Below, piece by piece: positions 8,945 through 16,692 of a DNA stretch of 44,435 nt. Made by a program: the position numbers and the translations under genes. Each line of letters starts with the position of its first letter. The stretch's first letter is position 1. Source of the stretch: an uncultured Candidatus Nitrosopelagicus sp. (GTDB lineage Archaea; Thermoproteota; Nitrososphaeria; Nitrososphaerales; Nitrosopumilaceae); contig CAZKZG010000010.1 of NCBI GenBank assembly GCA_964557215.1, forward strand, positions 1 to 44,435, given 5' to 3'. Under the pieces are notes generated by a model, which made no database searches, was not told the origin of the DNA, and was given only the letters and a program-made list of their open reading frames with translations.

Positions 8945-9041
8945 AGGGGGTGGAAAAGCTTGCTTAGTGTCGTATCTTTAACGTGTTGTCTCGCCAATGC
9001 AAGTTTAACAGTTTTGTTGTTTCAATTAAGCAACGTGGCTT
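8945..9041 (-). ncRNA. Candidate structured RNA or 3' UTR element (four-way junction)
   Basis: On minus strand: aagc/gctt + ttgctta/taagcaa closing stem enclosing hairpins aaca/tgtt, cttgc/gcgag and cgt/acg, followed by a pyrimidine tract. Confidence 0.35.
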
Positions 9042-9063
9042 ATCCTTAGTTGGAATTCACACC

Positions 9064-9381
9064 TTATGCTAAGATACTCTTTAACAAAGGTGTTACTTGA
9101 TATCGTGAGTTTTTAGATTCGGCTTTATCTGAATACAATGTATTCATTAACCATTGGTATTGTTCACCAACGGTTTTGCCGACACCTTGAATGATTATGC
9201 TTTTACCCTGAACCATAGGAACAGAGATTGAAGCGTAAGCACTCTTAGGCTTTGTATCTGAAGCCTTTGGTTTTGCTATACTGAATGTAACCAATTCAGT
9301 ACGGAACAAAGCCAAAACAGCCCCACTCACAGTATCAGAAGCGATAGTAACTTCTGTAGGCATACTGAACATTAGCCTCAT
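9064..9381 (-). CDS. Hypothetical protein, divergent from the symmetric element
   Basis: 105-aa ORF with natural composition; GAGG-preceded internal ATG; start region lies in the left inverted arm. Confidence 0.65.
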   Translation of the reverse strand: MRLMFSMPTEVTIASDTVSGAVLALFRTELVTFSIAKPKASDTKPKSAYASISVPMVQGKSIIIQGVGKTVGEQYQWLMNTLYSDKAESKNSRYQVTPLLKSILA

Positions 9382-9945
9382 GCCATTTTATGATCGCTAT
9401 TTCTCATGCCTAATTACATCCTTTTAGGCACGGACTATAACACCGTTATGATCCCAGGCTCACGCCTAGCACTTGATCTCTAGGCACGGATTAGCGATCA
9501 CAATCTGATCGCCTCATAACGCCATAACGCTTTTATAGTTGGCTTGAGAGTACCGTACTTTACGGTTTGAGATCGTACTTTACGGTTCACCACAACGCTT
9601 TAATACTTGGCATTTCGACCACATACACTATGTTATCCTATAAAAAAATAAAAAAATAATCCGTAAGGTATAAATAGGCAGGTCGCTACGCATAGTAGGG
9701 GTTTCTTACGAAACAAAATGATTCATTATATGACAGTTTAATTGGTTCTATTGCCTTAGGTATTGTAGTTTATGTTAATAACAGTAATCAAGTGCGATCA
9801 AAATCTAGATCTAAATTTAGTCGTGAATTGAGATTAATCAGGCACGAAAATCGATCAAACAGCGTTATAATTTCACGCCTAAAATGATGTAATTAGGCAC
9901 GAAAATTTGAGATCAAAATATGGAATGAGGTTAATGTCCAGAATG
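9361..9945. repeat. Dyad-symmetric control region (candidate replication origin / twin promoter-operator)
   Basis: 9361-9453 is an imperfect reverse complement of 9853-9945; three CAYGCCTA-N12-TAGGCACG palindromes; 10 GATC; central A-tract 9641-9660. Confidence 0.85.
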
Positions 9946-10371
9946 TCAAGAAAACAGATTAGAATTAGCCGTCGTGAGCAATCACGTAAGGTAAGTGAAG
10001 TATATGCTATGTATAATGGTAATGCTCATGTTAGGAATACACTGGATAATGAATTGAATAAGAGTGCATTAAAGAGCATAAAAGAATTCAGTAGTTATAG
10101 AATTAATAAGAAAGATTGGGATAAAAACATGAGAGATATAAAACAATTACATAGAAATACAACAATAGTATTAAATAATCTAGCCCATGCCCAGCAACAA
10201 TCAATACTAACTGTTAATAGAAAACACTTGACTAAACTACAGAAAACATTGGATGCATTCAATGATTATATTGAGAATGTTAATCCTTTGTATAAATTAA
10301 AATATAGTAAATTAGAAGAAATTAACCTACCAAAAGAAGTTATATTATATTGTGAGTGTGGTTTTCAATGA
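9925..10371 (+). CDS. Hypothetical basic coiled-coil protein, first gene of the rightward operon
   Basis: Track ORF 9907..10371; start more likely at ATG 9925 or 9934 (after GAGG). Confidence 0.65.
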   Translation: MRLMSRMSRKQIRISRREQSRKVSEVYAMYNGNAHVRNTLDNELNKSALKSIKEFSSYRINKKDWDKNMRDIKQLHRNTTIVLNNLAHAQQQSILTVNRKHLTKLQKTLDAFNDYIENVNPLYKLKYSKLEEINLPKEVILYCECGFQ

Positions 10372-10649
10372 ATAGAGATAATGTATGCCCAGATTGTGAG
10401 CCATTTTGTTACAATCATATATGGGATTATAAAGATAAAGAAGCAAAAGAATTCGGATGCTGTTATAACTGTGGCTTAGATATGACACATTGGAATACTG
10501 AAGCAGAACAATTATTTGAATGCAGTTTATGTGCTCAACCTGTAAAAGAATATGGTAAAGAAAGACATGAAGAATGGCATAACCCATTACAACCATTCGT
10601 TACTACTAATAGAATACTCGGAAGAGTAGTATGGAGTGAATTACAATGA
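10368..10649 (+). CDS. Multi zinc-finger protein
   Basis: CPDC, CYNC, CSLC...HEEWH motifs. Confidence 0.7.
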   Translation: MNRDNVCPDCEPFCYNHIWDYKDKEAKEFGCCYNCGLDMTHWNTEAEQLFECSLCAQPVKEYGKERHEEWHNPLQPFVTTNRILGRVVWSELQ

Positions 10650-10783
10650 AAATTGATCGTAAATTACAATTAATAGCAAAAGATGGACAAGTATTACATC
10701 AATTAGAACCATATGTTTGGGGTATTAGTGCAGGTGGTATTTACATGGGTTTAGTTGTATTTTTCATGGGGGTATTACAATGA
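10646..10783 (+). CDS. Membrane micro-protein (45 aa)
   Basis: MKIDRKLQLIAKDGQVLHQLEPYVWGISAGGIYMGLVVFFMGVLQ; ATGA coupling. Confidence 0.55.
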   Translation: MKIDRKLQLIAKDGQVLHQLEPYVWGISAGGIYMGLVVFFMGVLQ

Positions 10784-10884
10784 ATAAACTAAAAGAATTT
10801 GGTGTATTTGAATGGTATGTTATAGGGGTAGTTACACCACTTATGGCTACTTTTGGATATATAATTATAGGGGTATTACAATGA
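10780..10884 (+). CDS. Membrane micro-protein (34 aa)
   Basis: MNKLKEFGVFEWYVIGVVTPLMATFGYIIIGVLQ; ATGA coupling. Confidence 0.55.
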   Translation: MNKLKEFGVFEWYVIGVVTPLMATFGYIIIGVLQ

Positions 10885-11159
10885 ACGATATAACAAAAAC
10901 ATTTGAAAGCAATTACACATATAAAATGGAAAAAACTGGTGCGTTAGGTCACATAAGATATTTCCAATGTCATAAGTGTAAAGAATTAGTTGATGAATTC
11001 TTATTATATGCTCACCTTGAGGATCATAAAAACCCTGAAGCTGTGTTTGGTAAGAAAGCATTAGAAAGATTAATTGGATTGGGTATGCCATTACATAAAA
11101 TGGAAGAATTAGGATTTACTATTAATTATAAAGAATGGCTAGAGGATGATGAGGAATGA
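10881..11159 (+). CDS. C2H2-like zinc-finger protein
   Basis: CHKC...HLEDH; start reassigned to MNDITK. Confidence 0.65.
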   Translation: MNDITKTFESNYTYKMEKTGALGHIRYFQCHKCKELVDEFLLYAHLEDHKNPEAVFGKKALERLIGLGMPLHKMEELGFTINYKEWLEDDEE

Positions 11160-11275
11160 TAGGCTCTTCAATACTCGTAGCTATAGATATTTTCCTATGG
11201 TCAATAGGAGTCATTAGAATGAACTGTATAAACACAATTCAGAACAAGATGGACAAAAAGGTGGGTCAATACTAG
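11156..11275 (+). CDS. Membrane micro-protein (39 aa)
   Basis: MIGSSILVAIDIFLWSIGVIRMNCINTIQNKMDKKVGQY; GAGG RBS and ATGA overlap. Confidence 0.45.
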   Translation: MIGSSILVAIDIFLWSIGVIRMNCINTIQNKMDKKVGQY

Positions 11276-11455
11276 AGTCATATAATATACCGTAAAATCT
11301 CTAGAGTGCAAGACGTTGCGAACAGCTTCCCTCGATAGTTCATCGATAAAATCCCTCAATACATACCCATCCACGGTTGACATTGTTGTTATGAATAGCT
11401 TACGTGTTCTTATAATCTAAGCGCTGGGAACAAAATACGGTAATTATATACTCTA
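11273..11455 (+). ncRNA. Candidate ~183-nt rod-like structured RNA
   Basis: 11273-11294 pairs with 11436-11455 (20 bp, two single-nt bulges); further nested helices inside. Confidence 0.55.
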
Positions 11456-11469
11456 TTTTAAATAAAAAA

Positions 11470-12129
11470 ATGAACGAAAATAATACAAAAGCAGAAACTG
11501 TAAAAACATATAGTGAATTAGTATTAAATGCTGAAGACAATAAACAAAAGTCTTTTGAATTTAGAATGCTAAGAGCAAGAGATGGTGTACATATTTATTG
11601 TAAATCACCTCAATTCTATGATATGTTTAAGAGTTTCTCAAATGACACATTAAATTCAACCATTGGTGAAGGTTGGGGAATAGATATGCAACCTTGGGAT
11701 TTGAATATGGTATTGTCAGATCAAATGTGGGATCAAGACGGTGCTTCTATCCGTGATTATAGTGATCCAGATGATTATGTTCCTAAAACAATTAGAACAG
11801 CATTAGCATATTGGAATACAACTGAAGGAACTGGTAATATTGATAGGACACAAAACACTATGTTATTTAATATAAATTTCGGTGACCCAGCTCATGCAAT
11901 TCCTAATATATCATGGCTTTTAAGTAATAAATTGAACGAAGGAATAAAAATTATTTATAGATCACCTTGTTCTAACAGATCATTTGATTTATACTACGAT
12001 ATGGTAAAATCATATGCATTATGGATGAACCAAATAACAGAACCTAGAACTGATGGATTTGTGTTTGATTCATGTATGAAAAGATATGATTTGGACATAG
12101 ACGGTCAACTAACTAAAGAGGAGTTTTGA
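11470..12129 (+). CDS. Hypothetical protein
   Basis: 219-aa ORF immediately upstream of the amidoligase. Confidence 0.75.
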   Translation: MNENNTKAETVKTYSELVLNAEDNKQKSFEFRMLRARDGVHIYCKSPQFYDMFKSFSNDTLNSTIGEGWGIDMQPWDLNMVLSDQMWDQDGASIRDYSDPDDYVPKTIRTALAYWNTTEGTGNIDRTQNTMLFNINFGDPAHAIPNISWLLSNKLNEGIKIIYRSPCSNRSFDLYYDMVKSYALWMNQITEPRTDGFVFDSCMKRYDLDIDGQLTKEEF

Positions 12130-12132
12130 GAA

Positions 12133-13173
12133 TTGGAAATGTCAAGACCAACTAAAGAAGCAGAGTTGTTGTATGATCGAATATACAGAGAAGGCTTTTA
12201 TTTCTGTAATAATTGTTTATCCCCAAGTGTTTATAATATGAAAAAAGATATGATAAAATGTAAAGAATGTGGTGAAACCTATGAGTATATTTGGAATGGA
12301 TTTACACCTATGGAATTATCACACCCATTAAATAAAATAGGTTGTGAATTAGAAGGTGCAAGAAATAGTCACCCAAAAGCAATAAATAATGAAGACGTAC
12401 AATTTCATGGTGACGGATCAGTACACTTTGAAAGAAGGGGCGATCAAGAATGTGAAGAATGTTCTTGTGACGAAATGAGTGAATCAGAGCAAGAAGAATA
12501 TAATGAATGTTATCATTGTGCAGGTGAATGTGATTGTACATATGATAGTAATCATTGGCAAATTGTAGGTGAATGGGTTACAAGACCATTAGCATTCAAT
12601 AAAAATTTCAAGAGATTTACAAAAATTGTTAGCGAGTCTTACCCAGAAGGCGTAAATGATACCTGTGGTGGACACTTTCATATTAGTTATAAAAACGAAT
12701 TACTTTATGGAATAGCCATGGATTATGATTTGTATTCAGGGTTATGTTCACATCTTAAGAGTTGGGCTAATTCAGGCGTATTAAATGAAAATGGTAAGAA
12801 AAAACTGTTGAGAAGATTAGAAGGTTCTAGTAATTATTGCAGAATTGGATTTAATCCAGAAATGCAATTATATGGAAATTCAGATAGATACTTTCAACTA
12901 AACTATGCTTATGGTAAACATAAAACTATGGAATGTAGAATTTTACCAATGTTTAGCGATTCAGAAGTTTATATTATGGCAGTAAGAGAAGCAACAAAAT
13001 ATATTGAGGATTGGATGAAAAATCATATGATAATTGAAACACCAACAGTAGAAGTCTTTAAGAGAGATTTCGATGGAAGAATTAGTGGTTCAGAGATTTT
13101 ACAATATAAACAGAACAAAACAAGTTTTCGTAAGAAAATATTAGAATCAATGGTAGGAACAGAGGAGATTTAG
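12133..13173 (+). CDS. Putative amidoligase (COOH-NH2 ligase, glutamine-synthetase fold) with zinc fingers
   Basis: Motifs IGCELE, HGDGSV, GEWVTRP, VNDTCGGHFH, RYFQLN, TMECRILP; N-terminal CxxC pairs and an acidic Cys-rich insert. Confidence 0.8.
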   Translation: MEMSRPTKEAELLYDRIYREGFYFCNNCLSPSVYNMKKDMIKCKECGETYEYIWNGFTPMELSHPLNKIGCELEGARNSHPKAINNEDVQFHGDGSVHFERRGDQECEECSCDEMSESEQEEYNECYHCAGECDCTYDSNHWQIVGEWVTRPLAFNKNFKRFTKIVSESYPEGVNDTCGGHFHISYKNELLYGIAMDYDLYSGLCSHLKSWANSGVLNENGKKKLLRRLEGSSNYCRIGFNPEMQLYGNSDRYFQLNYAYGKHKTMECRILPMFSDSEVYIMAVREATKYIEDWMKNHMIIETPTVEVFKRDFDGRISGSEILQYKQNKTSFRKKILESMVGTEEI

Positions 13174-13175
13174 AT

Positions 13176-14168
13176 ATGTGTGTAATAATAGAATTCTCAG
13201 ATAATAAACCTGAGGAAATAACAAAAGAATTGCTTTCTAAAGCAGAAGACCACAATAAACATGGTGGTGGTATTGCTTGGATAGAAGGCGATAAGGTACT
13301 ATGGGAAAAAGGAATGCACGTAACTGCTGAATATATTGACACTCTTATCAAAGAGAAAAACATTCAGCAACCATTTGTTGTTCATTTTAGAATAGCAACT
13401 CACGGTGCAATAGATACCCCATTATGCCACCCATTTGCATTATCCCCTGAGGTAGATAATACAACATCAAGTGGTTCTGATCCAATCGGTGTATTATTCC
13501 ATAATGGAGTATGGACTGATTATAAAGACATGGCACTAAAGACATTGGTGACAAGACCTGATGCAAAAATCCCAGATGGTGATATATCTGATAGTAGAAT
13601 TATGGCATGGCTTGTCCGATACTATGGAATATCCTATCTGGGATTAATCCGTGAGAAAGTATCTGTATTAACACCACAAGGTCTTTTAGAATTCGGTGAA
13701 GGCTGGACAGATGTTAAAAAGGTAAGATGTTCTAACGGACACTTTGATAATTCAGGTTATGGTTCATTTAGTGGAAATATTTCCTCATGGTCTTCAAAAC
13801 AATCCTCTAAAGGTGTAACAACATATGCAAAGGATATGGAGGAGGATGACGAGGATTTTCGGCTAGAGCTGGTAAAAACGGCTCTTCAGGTAGATCTAGA
13901 GGCAGAAAATCAAAGAAGAAGAAGCATAAACGAAAAGCCTCTAAGCGAGGAAGATTTCGCCGTTTTGTGCGATTCTGAGTATGATATGATGGAATTAATG
14001 CCAGTCGGTAAAAATGGATATAAGAATAAATTGTCCGAACTGAAACACAAACTAGAATCAATGGGTTATGATAAAGATGACGAGTATTTCGACGAAGAGT
14101 TAGGTACTGGTTATTTAGACGAAGCTGGAATATTTCACCCATACGGATTCCCAAAAGGAGATTATTAA
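13176..14168 (+). CDS. Class II (Ntn) glutamine amidotransferase
   Basis: N-terminal MC nucleophile, NKHGGGIAW, HFRIATHG, CHPF, LFHNG, SDS. Confidence 0.85.
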   Translation: MCVIIEFSDNKPEEITKELLSKAEDHNKHGGGIAWIEGDKVLWEKGMHVTAEYIDTLIKEKNIQQPFVVHFRIATHGAIDTPLCHPFALSPEVDNTTSSGSDPIGVLFHNGVWTDYKDMALKTLVTRPDAKIPDGDISDSRIMAWLVRYYGISYLGLIREKVSVLTPQGLLEFGEGWTDVKKVRCSNGHFDNSGYGSFSGNISSWSSKQSSKGVTTYAKDMEEDDEDFRLELVKTALQVDLEAENQRRRSINEKPLSEEDFAVLCDSEYDMMELMPVGKNGYKNKLSELKHKLESMGYDKDDEYFDEELGTGYLDEAGIFHPYGFPKGDY

Positions 14169-14169
14169 A

Positions 14170-14871
14170 ATGAGAAACACAATATTAAATACAGTAATAG
14201 ATCAAATTGTTAGACCTAGCCAATATATGGAAAGAGCTGACCCAGAACTTAACGGTAATATGCACCGAGTTGGTTTTTGGAAAGTACCTAGGGAGTTACT
14301 TGATATATTTGAGCAACTACAAAAAACAAAAACACCTGATCCATACATAGCAATAGCATTAAAAACAGGCTTCATAACACAAGAAGAAATAAAAACAGGA
14401 AAATTACCTGAAACATGGAGTATGAATAAATTATTGTTAAACTTTGGTATTGATCCAAATCAAACACTAATCACAAGTATCAATACAACATTTAGAGACA
14501 ATGACTATAAGGTAGGAACTGTTTCTGGATTTTTGTATAGAAAACTATCACAAAAAGAAAATCCAACTAAACCATTATTTGAATTTGTAGATGTTTACAA
14601 ACAATTAACTTATCATAACTATCTAATGGAAGTTTGTGGTAGAGTTGCAAAAAGATATGTTGAAGACTATGGTATAAAAGCAACTGCAAGGCAAAAAATT
14701 AGTAACTACCATTTAATACCTTCAGCAAATAAAACAAATCGTGACAAAGTTTCTAAACGAATAGAAGAAATGATGAAAAATAAAGACGAGCCTAAATGTG
14801 AAAGAATAAAATCAAGAAATGCTGAATACACTATGAAACTCATAGAGGATAAAAAGGAGAATTACAAATGA
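14170..14871 (+). CDS. Hypothetical protein
   Basis: 233-aa ORF with GGAG RBS, in operon. Confidence 0.7.
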   Translation: MRNTILNTVIDQIVRPSQYMERADPELNGNMHRVGFWKVPRELLDIFEQLQKTKTPDPYIAIALKTGFITQEEIKTGKLPETWSMNKLLLNFGIDPNQTLITSINTTFRDNDYKVGTVSGFLYRKLSQKENPTKPLFEFVDVYKQLTYHNYLMEVCGRVAKRYVEDYGIKATARQKISNYHLIPSANKTNRDKVSKRIEEMMKNKDEPKCERIKSRNAEYTMKLIEDKKENYK

Positions 14872-15113
14872 GCATTTTTGGTCAGTTAAGTAAAGAATAC
14901 AAAGAGTGGCAAGGATATCAAGAATTACTAGAACTATTAAGAGATGACGATAGAACTTCTACAGAGGAAGTTAACGGATTCTCTATAGGTTCTTCACTTT
15001 TATTTCGTGATAGATACTGTGATCACATAAATCAAGTAAATTCAACATTAAAAGAAGGAGAACTTTGTCATATCCTACAAAAAGTAGAAAAAAATAAGGC
15101 ACCAATAAAATGA
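14868..15113 (+). CDS. Hypothetical protein
   Basis: GGAG RBS, ATGA overlap. Confidence 0.6.
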   Translation: MSIFGQLSKEYKEWQGYQELLELLRDDDRTSTEEVNGFSIGSSLLFRDRYCDHINQVNSTLKEGELCHILQKVEKNKAPIK

Positions 15114-15219
15114 ACTGTAAATGTAATAATTGTATAAGAGAAAATCAAATACCAATGATAGAGTATGCTTTTAGTAGATCTCATTGTGTAATAAGTAATA
15201 TATTAAGGAGTAGATTAGA

Positions 15220-15510
15220 ATGAGTAAAGAAATGGAAAATACAGGTCAAGACGGATCAGCATATTGGTTAGAATGTGTCAACCAGTTTGATAGTTTTGAT
15301 GTGTTAGAATATATGTCAGAAAAAGAAAAAGATGAAATTATTCAAATTGTAAAACAATCAAATACTCTATTGAGATTAATACAAAAAAGAATATACACAC
15401 CTGAAGTATGTGCTGGTGACATGGCTGCTATACTTAAAATGGTGGGTGCTAGAGTAGTTCAAACAGCTTCAAAAATCATGGCAGAAGACCAAAGAGAGAA
15501 TTTAAGATGA
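15220..15510 (+). CDS. Hypothetical protein
   Basis: AAGGAG RBS; 96 aa. Confidence 0.65.
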   Translation: MSKEMENTGQDGSAYWLECVNQFDSFDVLEYMSEKEKDEIIQIVKQSNTLLRLIQKRIYTPEVCAGDMAAILKMVGARVVQTASKIMAEDQRENLR

Positions 15511-15635
15511 GTAAATTAATATCCATCCATACATACATAAATAGAGGGTTTAAGATGAGCAAATTAATATATGTTCCAAAAAGAGGTTTCCTTGTTGAGG
15601 AAGAATCTGAAGAAGAAGGTGAGTCATCAGATTAA
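15507..15635 (+). CDS. Acidic micro-peptide with duplicated N-terminus (42 aa)
   Basis: MSKLISIHTYINRGFK-MSKLIYVPKRGFLVEEESEEEGESSD. Confidence 0.45.
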   Translation: MSKLISIHTYINRGFKMSKLIYVPKRGFLVEEESEEEGESSD

Positions 15636-15758
15636 TGTCTATGGTAAGAATATGCCTAAGATGTGGGGATTCTAAAAAATTATGTCAATGCCCATTAGTA
15701 ATAAAAATATTACAAGCATCTTTGGAACAAACCAATAGAAATTAGTGAGGTAATAAAA

Positions 15759-16298
15759 ATGTGTAAAAATAAACAAGAAAAATACTATGACGTAAAAGAA
15801 ATAGGTTGTGAATTAGAGGGAAAATATCCTACATGGAAACCAATCTTAGATGATCATCCAGAATTATACACCGAAAAAGATAGAGATCATATCAGGGCTT
15901 GTAATTTTATGGTTAGAAGAATGTCAGATTTTGGTGTAGGAAAATTTAGTAAAGCAGATAGAAATCTATTCATGGAAATTGTGTTGAACTATCTAAGTGA
16001 TTCAGATTATAAAAAAGTGTTTGATAGTTGTTGGCAAGGAACTGTTAGAAGAACTAGAGTAAAATTCGAACAACAGGTAAAAGCCATTGATCCAGAATAC
16101 AAACCACTTCTAAAAACATTGAGTTCAGAACTTCAAAAAAGACGAGAGTTCTTAAAAAGTGAAATAAAAATTATGAAGGAAAGATATATTCCATGGACAG
16201 TAGATAGAGTAAGTAAATTAGATAGATTAAACTATGTTACTGACTGTGAGAATGAAATAAAACAGATTGACAATAAATTGGAGCCAAAAAATAAATGA
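15759..16298 (+). CDS. Hypothetical protein with amidoligase-like IGCELEG motif
   Basis: GAGGT RBS; 179 aa. Confidence 0.7.
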   Translation: MCKNKQEKYYDVKEIGCELEGKYPTWKPILDDHPELYTEKDRDHIRACNFMVRRMSDFGVGKFSKADRNLFMEIVLNYLSDSDYKKVFDSCWQGTVRRTRVKFEQQVKAIDPEYKPLLKTLSSELQKRREFLKSEIKIMKERYIPWTVDRVSKLDRLNYVTDCENEIKQIDNKLEPKNK

Positions 16299-16434
16299 TA
16301 GATACAATAAAAACATTCATATGGAATAACTTTATATTCAGATATTATGAAGATTGGCTTCAAGAATATGCCCAAGAATATTTTAATGATAACTATGAAC
16401 CTGTTGCTGAAGAGCCACTATGGAATGATTTAGA

Positions 16435-16692
16435 TTGACGATTGAGAATGTTGACGATGCTATTGATGAATTGATAGAGAATGAAATATTGGTAGTAAAA
16501 CCTTGGTACACAATAATGGTGACTGTTGAAGGTAAAGATAATATGATGAGAGTAAATAAAATGCTTGACAAATGGAATAAAAACACTCATGGTAAAGATG
16601 AGTGTCCACAATGCAACGGTAAACATATCATCAGATACATAGATGTAGCCCAAATAGAATCGAGAAAAATGGATGTGCATTACAAATTATGA
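16435..16692 (+). CDS. Hypothetical protein
   Basis: 85 aa with CPQC. Confidence 0.55.
   Translation: MTIENVDDAIDELIENEILVVKPWYTIMVTVEGKDNMMRVNKMLDKWNKNTHGKDECPQCNGKHIIRYIDVAQIESRKMDVHYKL

Noticed and set aside
11199-11281. ggtcaata..agtcat twice, resembling a mini CRISPR array
   Set aside because: Only two short imperfect copies, mostly inside a plausible small ORF.
11273-11455. Retron msr-msd or MITE
   Set aside because: No reverse transcriptase or transposase in the window and no target-site duplication seen.
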